A DNA stretch of 63,753 bases, counting the filler, from Octopus bimaculoides (Eukaryota), in assembly GCF_001194135.2 (NCBI RefSeq). It is 8 parts of 7 records of this genome, joined end to end, with 100 filler letters (N's around TTAATTAATTAA, not from the genome) between each part and the next. Parts side by side here need not be neighbours in the genome. Positions count along the whole stretch, not along the records: positions 1 to 13,605 come from NC_068981.1; 7 more parts are not named here. One strand, written 5' to 3'. Under the pieces are notes generated by a model. The model was not told where the DNA came from, made no database searches, and saw only the letters and a list, made by a program, of their open reading frames with translations. Each line of letters starts with the position of its first letter. Within the stretch, counting starts at the first letter, position 1. Below, in pieces: positions 1 to 13,330 of this stretch. The translations under genes were made by a program, and so were the position numbers.

Positions 1-34
1 GCCGCTGCCTCCGCCTCCGCCATCACCACCATTT

Positions 35-285
35 TGATATCCACTTTTTCATGTTCAGATGGGGGTCAGACAGAATTTCCTGAGGTGAATTTTCAATGCT
101 GGATGCTCTTCCTGTCTCCCAACATTTCACCTGTTCTCAAATAAGGTACTATTTCCCCATGATCAGATATGTTTTCATGGAAAATTGGAAACAAAGGACA
201 CTGCTTGCTTGACAGTGACACACACAACTATCATGTGATGTCAAGGCTAGGAGATAGTAACACGCATGCACACACACACACATAC
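35..285 (-). mobile_element. SINE family C variant, degenerate
   Basis: Homologous to 39650-39900. Contains the GCTGGATGCTCTTCCT core shared with family C. Confidence 0.5.
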
Positions 286-339
286 ATACATACATACATC
301 CTCTGTTGGTTTCAACAATAAGTGTTCTAGATTTACCAT

Positions 340-700
340 TTACTTGTTTCAGTCACAGGACTGCAGCCATGCTGGAGCACCACCTTAAAGGGGTATGCTG
401 AACAAATTAGCTTCAGTACTTACATTTTTTCAAGTCTGTTACTTATTCTATCACTCTCTTTGGTCAAACCACAAAATTATGGGGACATAAACAAACCAAC
501 ACCTGATGTCAAATTTGCTCTCTGAATTACAGACAGATTCAATCCATCTATTAAGTTTCTACAGCTTCCATCTACCCAATTTAATTACAAAAGCTTGGGA
601 GATATGGAATTTGGTAATATAAAACACTTGTCCAAGATTCCACACTGATGGATTGAACTTATGTCTTCAGGACTGTGAAATGAGCTTATTAACCACCCAG
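340..700 (-). mobile_element. SINE family B (tRNA/CORE-type), degenerate
   Basis: TTTACTTGTTTCAGTCA...GCCATGCTGGAGCACC tail and TACTTATTCTATC core shared with the other copies. Confidence 0.65.
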
Positions 701-1331
701 TTATGTTTGCATTTATACATGTTTACATAGATCCATACAAACTAGACATGAACAATCTCTTTCAAAAAGTGGGCCACTTGAGACGTGGTTCATCATCGTG
801 CAGGCTGCACTACTGAAAAAATTCAAGGTAATTTTTCGTTTGAAGTTTAATTCAGGAAGTCTCATGGGCTGCACATTGCTAGTGATTGATATAAACGATA
901 TAATGCCAACCATTCAGATATGTTTGCATCTATACATATAAGCATAGATCTGTATAAACAATATAATACTCTATAACTTGAGATTTTCTCTAATAAGGAT
1001 ATAAAAAAATTACTTCTTTTAGGGATTAGGAAATATCTAAAGAAACATGTTCTAAAAATAATTCCACAGCAAAATAAGATCTTCCTATTTCCTGCTCTAG
1101 ACCTTGATGGAAAAGCCATGATGTATGTATGTATATAAAAGCTGTAAGCTATGTTTTGAATATAAAGAAGCTATTGTTTTGACTAACTTTCTTTACCCAC
1201 TCTAACCTATTTAAAATAATAAGGTTAGCTTTGTCTTGATACTGTTGAAGTTTCTCTGTTATTTTTAGTCCTGGGGACCAACTGTAATTTTCTGGATTTT
1301 TCAACATTTTCTTACTATTTAAATCTAAAAG

Positions 1332-1366
<35 letters not shown>

Positions 1367-1405
1367 TGTGTCTGTGTGCTTGTATGGGTGTATGCACATG
1401 TATAT

Positions 1406-1468
<63 letters not shown>

Positions 1469-1493
1469 TAAATATATATATGTGTGTATATGC

Positions 1494-1530
<37 letters not shown>

Positions 1531-1737
1531 NNNNNNNNNNNNNNNNNNNNNNNNNNNNNNNNNNNNNNNNNNNNNNNNNNNNNNNNNNNNNNNNNNNNNN
1601 NNNNNNNNNNNNNNNNNNNNNNNNNNNNNNNNNNNNNNNNNNNNNNNNNNNNNNNAAATATATAGATATAGATACACATACATGCATATATATGTATGTG
1701 TATATGTTATATGTTTATGAGTATCTAATATATAATG

Positions 1738-1772
<35 letters not shown>

Positions 1773-2309
1773 AGTAGTGATGCCAGGTTATCAGTGTCAC
1801 TCGGGCTCATCACAGATTTCACATAAGATTCATGCCTGCTTGAAGAATTTCACATTTTTCTGCAATATTTCTAACTCAAAATAGCTTATTTTTTTTTTAT
1901 ATCTTGCATTATGTCTTTCTCCATTTCTAAGTTAAGGGTAAAAATAAAACAACCCTGTAAAACACAACTGATCTTTACACACAATGCACAGAAATCCGAC
2001 AGCCTGATCTTGACCGACTGTTGTGTGAATTGATGGAAAAGTCATTTCTGATGTATCCGTTAACTTTTAAAGAAGTTCATGATTGGGTTTATCAACTATT
2101 TCATTAGTATAGCTTTTTCACATAGCCAGTTTACATCAGTGAAATTGACAATCACACATACACTCTCACATACACTGACACACATACACTGACACATACA
2201 TACACTCTGACATACACTCACATACATATACTAAGACAGACACAAACATACGTTTACATAACAAATGCGCAAATGCCCAGACTCACAGACACATACACAC
2301 TCATATATA

Positions 2310-2522
2310 AAATGTATCGTGGTGGTGGTGGTGGTAGTATAAAATGTCCTTTACTATGTCGTATGTAATGAACACACAAACATACACACTCATAGACACG
2401 TTCACAGTCATATACAAAATGTGTGGTGGTGGTGGTGGTGGTGGTATAAAATGTCCTTTACTATGTCGTATGTAATGAACACACAAACATACACACTCAT
2501 AGACACGTTCACAGTCATATAC
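2310..2522. repeat. ~107-bp tandem minisatellite with a (GGT)n core, running into a gap
   Basis: AAAATGTCCTTTACTATGTCG recurs at 2341 and 2448. Confidence 0.8.
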
Positions 2523-2884
2523 NNNNNNNNNNNNNNNNNNNNNNNNNNNNNNNNNNNNNNNNNNNNNNNNNNNNNNNNNNNNNNNNNNNNNNNNNNNNNN
2601 NNNNNNNNNNNNNNNNNNNNNNNNNNNNNNNNNNNNNNNNNNNNNNNNNNNNNNNNNNNNNNNNNNNNNNNNNNNNNNNNNNNNNNNNNNNNNNNNNNNN
2701 NNNNNNNNNNNNNNNNNNNNNNNNNNNNNNNNNNNNNNNNNNNNNNNNNNNNNNNNNNNNNNNNNNNNNNNNNNNNNNNNNNNNNNNNNNNNNNNNNNNN
2801 NNNNNNNNNNNNNNNNNNNNNNNNNNNNNNNNNNNNNNNNNNNNNNNNNNNNNNNNNNNNNNNNNNNNNNNNNNNNNNNNNNNN

Positions 2885-2899
<15 letters not shown>

Positions 2900-2917
<18 letters not shown>

Positions 2918-3125
2918 ATGTTTGTGTGTCTGTTTGTCCCCTCAACATTGCTTGACAACCAATGTTGGTGTGTTTACGTCTCCGTCACCTAGCGGTCCGG
3001 CAAGACAGACCGATAGAATAAGTACTAGGCTTACAAAGAATAAGTCCTGGGGTCAATTTGCTCGACTAAAGGCAGTGCTCCAGTATGGCCACAGTCAAAT
3101 GACTGAAACAAATAAAAGAATAGAG
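2900..3125 (+). mobile_element. SINE family B, 3' half
   Basis: Near-consensus body and tail: CCGATAGAATAAGTACTAGGCTTACAAAGAATAAGTCCTGGGGTC...CAGTCAAATGACTGAAAC. Confidence 0.8.
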
Positions 3126-3529
3126 ATTAATATGAGAACCACTCTAGAGAGTGCTTACACTTTCAGTTTATCCCTCTATGACCCTCTTATCACTATCTCA
3201 TGTTCTTTCTTCTTTTCTGTCCATACTACAATACTTCGTTCTTCCTCTGATCGTTAAGGTTTTCTTTGAAGCTACTCTAGACATGCATATCTCAGTTGAT
3301 TTATAACATTCTGTACTTTGATACACAATGTTAATCATGTTTTACCTTCTTGGCTAGCCGACTGTCTGAATATGCAGACCTAATAATGGATTCAGTTTCT
3401 TAACTGATCTTGTCAAGTGATAAATTAAAACTGTCATCTTTACCATTTCTTTTATTTGCACTTCAAATGGAAACTCCTGCTTCCTGTTAAAACATGAACA
3501 CCTCCCAACTGATCGTCTGTATCTATATA

Positions 3530-3730
3530 TGAGGGGGTGCAGAAAAGTTCCTGGCTTTGGGTAAAAGAAAATACAGGAGGATCAGTTAATTATGATTTTA
3601 TTCAACATATTCCCCTCTCAAGGCTTATTGCAGCAGTTTTTCTAAGCCCTGTAAAAGAACTCGGAAAGTTGAGCCTCCAACTAGCCATTCATGATATCCT
3701 TAAAGCCAGGAACTTTTCAGTACCCCCTTG
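3530..3730. mobile_element. Mariner-derived MITE
   Basis: ~28-bp TIRs (GAGGGGGTGCAGAAAAGTTCCTGGCTTT / AAAGCCAGGAACTTTTCAGTACCCCCTT) flanked by TA on both sides. Confidence 0.8.
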
Positions 3731-4327
3731 TATGTAAGTAAATTCATTCAAGTTGTTTTCATATTAATTTATTCATAAAAGATCATAATGGAGTGACTAA
3801 GAGGTTTTCATTTTATAAACTATGTTATATAATTAATGTTAATCACTGCCAATGCTTATGTTTTCCAACTTGTTGAATAATTTATTGGCCATATGTGTTG
3901 TTGAAACAGTTGTAACTAAAGAATAAATATAATACAATTCTTTGCTTGTGTGTATGTATGTATGTATGTATGTATGTATGTGTGTGTGTGTATGTATGTG
4001 TATATATGTGTGTGTACATATGTGTGGGTTTATATGTATGTATATGTGTGTGTGTTCCTGTATATATTTAAACGAATGATTATCCATGCTGCTGTCAATT
4101 TGGTTATCTGCCCATAGTGGCCATACACCAGGTGACCAAATATATTGTAGTGGTTGTGTTAGCCAAAGGCTCTTGATATTTACAAATTTTGAACATTTAT
4201 AAATTACAATTTTTAAATATTTATGTGTATGTGTGTGTGTGTGTGTGTGTGTTTATATTTTTCTTTTGATTTAGAACAAAATATATTTATAGACAAGAGT
4301 TTAATATTATTTTATTATGTTCATTAG

Positions 4328-4540
4328 AGGTGGTGAGCTGGCTGAATTGTTTGCATGCCAGGAAAAATGCTTAGTGGCATTTTGGCCATCTTTATGTTCT
4401 GAATTCAAATTCCGCCAAGGTCACCCTTGCCTTTCATCCTTCTGGGGTCACTAAAATAAGTAACAGTTGAGCACTGAGGACGATGTAATCATCTTATTCC
4501 TTTCTCTGAACTTGCTGGCCTTGTGCCAAAAATTTCAAAC
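4328..4540 (+). mobile_element. SINE family A (tRNA-derived)
   Basis: GGTGAGCTGGC head, GTTCTGAATTCAAATTCC B-box region, GCCTTTCATCCTT-GGGGTC core and GCCTTGTGCCAAAA tail. More than 12 copies in the window. Confidence 0.8.
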
Positions 4541-4654
4541 CATTATGTTCATACCTTTCACAAAACCATTTGTGCCTTATGCAAAAGCAACTGAATTCAA
4601 CAGATTCACTCAGATCATCTTGCTCATTATATTCCATCAAATAATTCCAAAGTG

Positions 4655-4870
4655 CCTGTGGCATGTAAAAAGCACCATTCAAGCATGGTCATTGCCAGTA
4701 CTGCCTGACTGGCCCTCATGCCAGCGGTATGTAAAAAGCACCCACTACACTCTTGGAGTGGTTGGTGTTAGGAAGAGCATCCTGCTGTAGAAACTTTGCC
4801 AGATCAAATTGGAGCCTGGTGCAGCCTTCTGGCTTGCCAGCCATCAGTCAAACTGTCCAACCCATGCCAG
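4655..4870 (+). mobile_element. SINE family C copy
   Basis: AAAAGCACCCACTACAC...GGTGTTAGGAAGAGCATCC.GCTGTAGAAAC core. Confidence 0.7.
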
Positions 4871-4879
4871 AAGTCTGAA

Positions 4880-5045
4880 GGGTATCTCAGTGGTTCACAA
4901 GAAAATAGAAATACCAAATTACACACTGCTTCTTTGTGGATGGCTTGAAACTGCATGCTAAGAGTATGAATGAGATGAAAAAGTACCAGGACCTGGTATT
5001 TGGTCAGGATAAATGTTGTTATATGGTTGTGAAAAGAGGAAAAAC
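4880..5045 (+). mobile_element. Dong/R4-like reverse transcriptase fragment
   Basis: Translates to THCFFVDGLKLHAKS and FGQDKCCYMVVKRGK, resembling the HLxFxDDLKLYAK and FGLDKC..KRGK motifs. Confidence 0.5.
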
Positions 5046-5194
5046 TGTATATTTATATACATGTATATGGATACATTTGTGCAGATATATATATACATGT
5101 ATGTGAGAGTATAGTCTGCCTTTTATAGTTAAGATAAATGTTATTAAAAGGTTATAAAGCAGAAAACACATATATTTCGACCTCTCTTGTCTTG

Positions 5195-5413
5195 ATTTTT
5201 GAATTCAGATTATGCTGTCAAATGTAATGTTTATTTATTCACATTGTTTTGAATTAATAATGCATTGTCTCATAGCTTCAAGATTTCGATGATTTGATTG
5301 TTCATTTTTAGAACGACATTGTAGGGTTGATGTGAGAGGTCAGATCTGGCTGGTTTGAACATAAAACAGGTAAAATACTTTGACTGGATATGGCTGGTTT
5401 TAATGCTAAAGGG
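5195..5413. mobile_element. piggyBac-like non-autonomous element (second copy at ~36066-36298, opposite orientation, in the last CDA intron)
   Basis: Ends in CTAAAGGG|TTAA (CCCTT TIR plus TTAA target). The body is reverse-complement homologous to 36066-36298. Confidence 0.45.
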
Positions 5414-5537
5414 TTAAAGATCCAGTATGAGAGTCCATCCTCAGTTACGACAACCTCATCAACCAAGATTGCTGAGATACATGAATTTCTTTGCTCCAAC
5501 TGTTAACTTAAGCTTTGCAACATTATTATTTGCATCA

Positions 5538-5915
5538 CTGAGTTCTAATTCCACTGAGTTTGACTTTGCCTTTCATCCTTTCGGGGTCAATAAATTAAGT
5601 ACCAGTTGCATACTGAGGATCAGTCTAATCAACTGGCCCCCTCCCCAAAAATTTCAGGCCTTGTGCCTAGAGTAGAAAAGATTATTATTTGCATTTCTAA
5701 GGCTGTGAGCTGGCAGAATTGTTAGCATGCTGGGTAAAATGCTTAGTGGTATTTTGTCCTCCCTTATGTTCTGAGTTCAAATTCTGCCAAGGTCAACTTT
5801 GCCTTTCATTCTTCTGGGGGTTGATAAAATAAGCACCAGTTTTGCATTTGGGTTGATATAATCGACTAGCCCTCTTCCCTAAAATTTTAGGCCTTGTGCC
5901 TATAGTAGAAAGGAT
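5538..5915 (+). mobile_element. Head-to-tail pair of SINE family A copies
   Basis: Two successive family A bodies (5538-5680 and 5699-5915), each ending in GTAGAAAAGATTATTATT-like tails. Confidence 0.8.
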
Positions 5916-6769
5916 TATTATTTGCATCTCTCTCAGTTTTTCTCTCAATGGAGATTCCAACTTTGCTGTCTTAGTAGCAGAGATACTGGGCTGTGCATGT
6001 GTTGGTTGTTTTTTTTTATTAATTTGGGTTTGTAGATCTTCATCTGTTGCAGGAATAAATGGTCAAATGTTGGTACCTTTTAGAAGTTGCTCTTCAAAGC
6101 TGTTGCTTTGATTGAGTCTGCTCACAAATGTTGTTTTCATTGTAATCTTGAATACATAGAAAATTCATGCTTCTTGTTTTTGCAGTACATATTGTAAAAT
6201 AAAAGATAGAGAAGATTAGTATGGTTCCTGTGCAAGGATGACATGCAAATTCATGAAGCTTTCCATATTTTGTAGATGCAGGTATGGATGTGTGTTTAAT
6301 AAGTTTGCTTCGTAAGTACATGGTTTTGGGTTCAGTCTCACTGTGTGACACTTTAATGGGTGAATTCTACTACAGCTCTGGCTGATTAACCACCACCACC
6401 ACTGTTGTCGCCGCTGCCACCACCACCACTGTCACTGCTGCCCTTCAAGGTGCTCTGTAGAGGGACTGAATCTGAAATCGTGTGGTTGGGAAGTGAACTT
6501 TTTAACCATATAGCTATGCCAGCACCAATGCGGAAAATCAGTCTGGAAGAGGTTCCCCTCTCTCCTAACTATGTTTACAGCAGAAGTTGAATCTAACATA
6601 ACAAACAAATAAATCATTTGTCGATTTTTACTGCATAGAACATCAAAGTGTTTGCACTCTGCTTTACTCATTTCTTTTCTAAGTTGATCAGACAACTTGA
6701 AGGTTGAGAGTCATGGATTTTACCTATAGCTTGGCTTGCTATGAAATCTCCCAAATTAACACTTTATCT

Positions 6770-7165
6770 TTTACTTTTATTTGCTTCAGCCATTTGACTG
6801 TGGCCATGCTGGAGCACTGCTTTTAGTCAAACAAATCGACTCCAGGACTTATTCTTTGTAAGCCTAGTACTTATTCTATCGGTCTCTTTTGCTGAACTGT
6901 TAAGTTATGTGGATGTAAACACACCAACATCTGTTGTCAAGTAATGGTGAGGGGACAAGCACAGACACACAAATACATACATTCATATATATATATTATA
7001 TACGACGGGCTTCTTTCAGTTTCCGTCTACCAAATCTCCTCACAGTGCTTTGGTTGACATGAGGCTATAGTAGAAGACACTTGCCCATGGTGCCATGCAG
7101 TGGAACTGAACCCAGAAATTTGCGGTTGGTAAGCAAGTTACCACACAGCCACTTCTGCACCTTTA
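6770..7165 (-). mobile_element. Full-length SINE family B (tRNA head + CORE-like GCACCTTGGGCAAGTGTCTT + internal (TA/CA)n + LINE-like tail)
   Basis: Read on the minus strand: GGCTGTGTGGTAA head, GGTTCAGTTCCACTGCA B-box region, CORE-like segment and tail. Confidence 0.85.
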
Positions 7166-9021
7166 AAAGAATTAACTTTATTTTGTTTTTGTATCTCTGT
7201 TAATTGGTATCTATCAATCATCATCGAGGGTAAATTTTGCAGGGTGGTGATATATTAACTTGTATTTATTTTATGAAGCTAGGAAAATGAAATGTAATAT
7301 GAACGACCAGTAGGATTTGAATTTGGAATTTGATGGGACCAAACTTTATCGCCCATTCATTTTGGATTGGAAAAAATAAATATAAATTAATCGACTTTTA
7401 CAGCTTCTAGTTGTGAATTTCTGTCTTTCTCACTTTCACATTTTTGTGAATGGCGAATTTTATACATTTTTGGAGAAGCACAAGAGATTCTTGAAAAAAT
7501 TATAAAAAGAGCTACTTTTACATTCTTTCTTTAGAGCTTGTCTTTCCTCTGCAGCGTCTACCCCACCCCCTGCAATAAAGACATTCTCATATTCACTCTC
7601 TCTCATACATTCACGTTTTCTTTCGTTATCACTAGCTTGACAGGTTGTCGCTCGAGATCGCTAAGAAGGAATAGTAAGACATGGATTATGTGAAGTGGTT
7701 CTCACTTATCTGACTTGTTACTATCGCTAGATACTGCAAAAGAACACTTTCTCATATGTGCATGCTGTCATCGATACAGACAGGTATAAATGACAAATCA
7801 CATGCATACACACTCGCACATCTTTATTACATGCATGCACAAACTCCGATGCTGCTCTGGATTCTTATTTGAATTTAATAAATCATTGCTTTAATCGGTA
7901 TATATATAAAATACATCAAACACAGTAATCCAAGGTATTTAATCTGGTATTCCATATTTTCGTTAAACTTGCCACCCTGAAAAAAACTAAAGACCTTACC
8001 CATTCTTTCTTTATTGAATAAACTTTACGTTACGAGGCAAGGAATTTTAATTTTAATTATTTTTTTTTTATCAGTTATACAAAATACCTAATGTGTATTT
8101 CATGTAAACACATTTTGTTAAAATAATCCATAGTTATCTATAGTCAAAATGTCAGTAATAAAGTATATTACCACTGAATAGAGGTATTTTAGGACCAAAA
8201 ATATCCATGGAAGATCGGACGTATGGTACGTCACACTAACACACCAGTGTATTTTGGACATTCTCAAGACGAGTACAACTCTACAGCTCCCTTCTATATC
8301 TCTTTAGTAATTTATTCACTCCTACATGAACTGAATAATAGGTCTTCGGTCGTTCCCGCTTTATTTCTTGTTTTCTGTCCACTAACTGATCAAACAGCAT
8401 TAATAAAAAACGAAGGTAATTATAATTTTAAAAAATGCTATCAATTTTGCCCTATATAATCATTTTTAAAAATTTATATTTCCATTCTATTTTTCCTGTT
8501 GTTATAAACTTTAAAAATCAATTAGAGCTGCTGCAAACATACATTTCTGTATTCAGTTTAAAGGTTGTTTAAAAAATTCGAATACTGTTTCTGACCCTGA
8601 TCTCCCACCCTAGTTTCTATATGTTTTCTATCTGTTCTTATGAGCTGTTATCATGCTAAACAGTACCTTCTCGTAATAGATCTTCTATAGAAAACACTCT
8701 CTCACTCGCTCCGCCTACGCTCTCACAGCCACCTTGTATATTTTACTCTGTCACTGCCCCTCCGCCTCGCACCAGCCACTACTACAATTACAGCTGCTGT
8801 AGACAGAGTAGTCTTGCCCGTCCGTTTCTCCGTCCTCTCCTAAACAATCGACATACGGCTTTAGGCTTGTGTAGAAGACAGTCTCGTTAAGTTATTATCC
8901 CAACTTCCATCTATAAACTCCGTTAGTCTGCTTGACTATCGACAATACACAAGCCACCAAGTAACTACTCCACTTGTCAACGTAAGGCGACTTTAGTTTG
9001 AGAGGAACACTTACTTGCGCC

Positions 9022-9297
9022 ATGTCGTTTGAATATTCCCGTGCCCTGATGAGGCCTGTTACGGAGTCTCTCTTGGACAAAGTGAGGAGTACTGATTCGA
9101 CGATAAAGTTGAATTTCGCAAATCTTCAGAGAGAACAGAATAAGCTGGCCGAAGTACTGAAGAAACGTAGAATAAATGTAACGTATATCAATGCTAACCC
9201 CAACTACCCGGAAGGTTGTTTCATTGAGGATTGTGCTGTAATCATAGGGGAAACTGCTTTGATATGTCGCCCGGCTGATCAATCTCGACGAGGAGAG
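9022..9297 (+). CDS. DDAH: DDAH-like dimethylarginine dimethylaminohydrolase (amidinotransferase fold), coding exon 1; remaining exons not found in window
   Basis: ATG at 9022 gives MSFEYSRALMRPVTES...NPNYPEGCFIEDCAVIIGETALICRPADQSRRGE, matching the DDAH N-terminus (human [31 protein letters not shown]). It ends at a phase-0 GAG|GTATTT donor at the same position as vertebrate DDAH1 intron 1. Confidence 0.88.
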
Positions 9298-12152
9298 GTA
9301 TTTATCATTATTTATTATTTTTCTCATACATTTAGCTAGCCAGTATTGTTCATCTCTTTCGCTCACTCTCTCTTTTTAAACATCATGTTTTTCCCATTAT
9401 AAACAAAACATTCTGCACCTTTTTGGTTCTTGTTTTTCTTCGGCCTCACATCAGCATAACAAACTTTGCGGTTCTCCACAAAGCTGGCTATTCTTATTAT
9501 TATTTTGTTGTTACATTTTATGGGGGTTGATTTTTTTTTTTATCCTTCTACTCTGGAAAGCCTAACCAACAAAGATACAAATAGTAGTTATCTATTGATT
9601 CGATTCAAGTGAAACTTCCTTTAATAAAATTGTCCTTGTTCATTTTAAATATTAGCAACATACACGCACAAAAAGAACCCAAAAAGCACACCTTTTAAAT
9701 GATCTCGTCAATTCCAACTATCACTTTATCAGTAGTTCTCAGATAATTTCAGGTTACCAATATTGTTGTATTTCGGTATTCTTCTCATTTCTTCTATTGG
9801 AAAATGATGAAAATACTAAGTGAAAGAATAAAATACAAACCGACAAAGAAAAGCGAAAGTGCCTTGGTTCTCTCCTCACATATTTTACTTCGATATATCC
9901 TTTATCAGTCAATAACTTAAAACGTATTTATCAAACAACGCTTGTTTTTATTTCCCCGTCATTATATTTGTATCATTCCACTTGTTTTAGTTTGAAATTC
10001 AATAGAATTGACACATAATCAATAAGAAAGTTGCCTTTTTTAAAATCTAATATTTGTGTATCTATTTACGTAATTAAATTGTATTCGTTATCGTCGATCT
10101 AACACCATTTCCCCCATATCAAAATTTCTCCGGCTCTCACTCGGCAATTAAAGGTATATAATTGAATAGAGCCATGTGAGACGGTTGGTCGGTGATACAG
10201 TGGAAATTATATCTATCTATCTATCCTCACGCACTTACCTGGTTAGTCACACGACACCTCTTCTCTCTCTGACTGCTTTTACATTGAAGAAAAAAAAATT
10301 ATATCACCCTTTCGCTAATGAAGGTTCTCTTCAACTTTTAAACAGTTTAAATTTGTAACATGGTAGCAGAAAGCTTTGACAAACGTGGTGGTGATTGTTT
10401 TGTTTGGCCCCAGGTCAGTCCAGATTCGGTCGACATTACGGTCCATGGCAAGATTTTTGATGGCAGTAATATTTTACAAGCGATTACTATTTTCTCTTCT
10501 CTCATAAACGCATGTATTTACGTGTGACATCGCTGTTGAACTATTTTCTGTTGTTATTTAGCCCTAGGTCAGTTCTGATTGTCGAGACCTGTAGTCAAAG
10601 ACGTTCCAACCGTTACCATCGCGTCTTTTCTCAAGCATTGTGCACGCAAGGCTGCACTAACAAATATATTTTTTCAAGATGGTAGAGTATGATTTAATGG
10701 AAATTCGACTACTATTTTTTTAGTAGATCGAACGAGTATTAGTGGCTACCTCGTTGGCTCGAGTCTTAATTGTTTGTATGTATATCGATAGACTATGTAT
10801 GTGTGCCCGTGAGTGTATATATTACTATTAAGACAATGATAATTGCTTTGGAACAGTTTCGTAACCTTAGACACTTTGCAACAGATCTCAATCTTACATT
10901 ATTTTTTATAGATTTTGATTTATCGATTTATTTTGGAGCCAGTAAAGGAGCCTCTATGTGGTCGATTGCTCAGCCTGTCGAAATATCGACCAAATTGTCT
11001 CATATCACACCCTACCATCGTAAAAGAGGAAGAACATGTTGGACAGTGTAGTTCTAGAGATACACCAGTCCCACTTCTCAAAATTGGGATGGGCACGACT
11101 GGAACATTTTAGAGTGTAGTAGGTCTGATCAGTCAGGCTTGACCAGAGACTAAACAAAAACTTTTGTTTGGTCATGAATTATGGTTTTTTTTCAGTGTAC
11201 GCGATCTGTCATACTTCTGTAGTAAACTTAGAAGAAAATACAAATCAGAATACATTACCAAACACGAAATGTCATTACATTTTCTAAAGAAATAAATAAC
11301 AGACATGTGTATATTTGATAATGCCTCTCAAGCCCAAATAATTTAACAAGGACAGTGTTGGTTGATTTAGTGTAATAGTGACCAGATTCAGTATTTCTGG
11401 TTTCCTATACAAACAAAAAAAACCTATACCAGATTTTTTGTCATCTATATTAGAAAACAATTTAGTAGAATCGGCTAAAATTTGGATCAAACAACATCTA
11501 TCCCTCTTAAATATATAGATAATGCAATAATGTTATTTTCGTTTATGAGGCATTCATATATGCATATTTAAAGTTCGTTCAAGAGCATTTGAGTTTTTGA
11601 AATAAACTCAATTGATAAATTCCCTCCGGCCTATCACGCTACGCATCCCAGCCCTCAGCTAGCCGCATGTGTTGTATGCGTGTGCGTGTACGTGTGTGTG
11701 TGTATGTGTGTGTGTTTGCGCGCGTGTTTGCGCGCGTGCATACATACACACACATTGCAAGAAGCAACGAAAATTTTAGAAAAAATGAGTGGAAATCGAA
11801 CCGGTGATTATGTTAATTCATAAGGCATTAAAACAATGACACCCCATACCCAATATATAAAAATAAAAATAAAGTACTATATTACAGTCTCACGATAGCT
11901 CGTTTTATATATCGATTACGACAAAGTGTATATCTAAATGCATACGAAATGTACCGGCTGAAGCTAACAAACTGTTTTATTTTAGTATTTAATTTTATTT
12001 AATCCGTCGACCTGTTCCTCTGTAAAGTAGTTTACAATGACTCATATATATACCTGTCTTTTTCACCTTGTCGCTTCACTTATCTGTCCACAGCATTCCT
12101 GTTGGGTTTTTAATACTGGCTGCGCACACACACTGTGTATGTGTGTGTATGA

Positions 12153-12204
<52 letters not shown>

Positions 12205-12759
12205 GTGTATGTAGTGTCATTTCTTATGCTTTGCTCTAAATATATCATAGTTCTCTCTCCTACCTGTTAAGCTATTCATGTTCAGTGCAGTGTCTCTTGA
12301 CCTCTTAAACTTACACGTCTCTTAGCTCCTCTTTCCTCTCACCTCACTCTGTTTTTATTTTATCACACACACACACACACAACTAGTTTGGTCTCTATGA
12401 AGGGGACCGTGTTTATAACCTTTGCGTATTCACCAAAACTGTTGATATCAACATGCATCCAGTTCTTGAAAATTCGTTGGTCAACAGCTGTGGGTGTGGT
12501 ACGCACAAGAAAGAACTTCCAGAGGACAGCCGTTGCAATAATGAGGGACTAAGTGAAGTGGTTAGTGGATGGGCAGGGATAGTGAACAGAATTTGGATAA
12601 CAAGGAGAGTAGAGATGAGTGAGTCAGAAATGTCTGATCGAAGTTGGTACAAGATCAGCTCCAAAGAACAGAAACCACTACAAAAGACAGTAGAAAGACT
12701 GCTTGTTTGTAGGCCAGAGATTGGTGTTTGTTTATGAGTTACTTCATGATGCCAATCAG

Positions 12760-13330
12760 TTGGGTTGCCTTTTTTTTTTGTTGTTGCAGTCTAGGATGTA
12801 TGGCTGCAGTTTCACCCCAGATGTGTTAGTACTACTCCATTAGAAGCTTCACATTGTATTTTTGCTTCTTAAAAATGTGCATTTGCCTGAAGAGATCTTT
12901 AGTGAAGGAGGCTTAGCATTTGTAGTAACATTGAAGGTTCTAGCTACATATTATATATGCGGGGTGTGGTAACTGGCAGCAGAGTTTGGACTTGGAGGCA
13001 AGGAAGAGATTAGGAATGCTTGGATTGTCTGTCTGTTGGTCAGGTATGTGAGTAAGGGATGTAGATGTAGAGTTGAGTATGGCAAAGGATTCTGTTTCTG
13101 TATATACAATATTTCTGTGGGAAGAGTGCAAGAACCAAGAAGTTGATAACTTTGGAGAAGGGTGACAGTTAAATAGTTGTTTGTAGTTAATAATTTCAGA
13201 GAACAACTCAGGAAGATGTATTTGGAAGAGTGGGTGGAAGAAGATTATGTAAACAAAGCTCTCTGTATGTAATGTAGTAAAACATTTTTTCCTGTGATCT
13301 CCAGGCAAGAATCTGAAGATATGAAATGGT
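12760..13330 (-). mobile_element. Degenerate non-LTR retrotransposon AP-endonuclease remnant
   Basis: ESFAILNST...THIPDQQTDNPSIPNLFLAS resembles the AFxFAILxxL...PTRIPD...DxPxILDLFLTS stretch of LINE APE domains. Heavily decayed. Confidence 0.4.

Noticed and set aside
2310-2522. CRISPR-like repeat-spacer array here or in the SINE-C modules
   Set aside because: Units are fully repeated without unique spacers, there are no cas genes, and the context is eukaryotic.
4328-4420. tRNA genes suggested by A/B-box and GTTCAAATTCC motifs
   Set aside because: They are heads of multi-copy SINEs followed by SINE bodies, and no complete cloverleaf is evident.
8977-9366. 129-aa antisense ORF overlapping DDAH exon 1
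   Set aside because: No recognisable domain; best explained as the shadow frame of the real coding exon.
10225-10245. Perfect CAG|GTAAGT donor on the minus strand suggesting an antisense transcript in DDAH intron 1
   Set aside because: Roughly one such 9-mer is expected by chance in 127 kb of both strands, and there is no linked exon or ORF.
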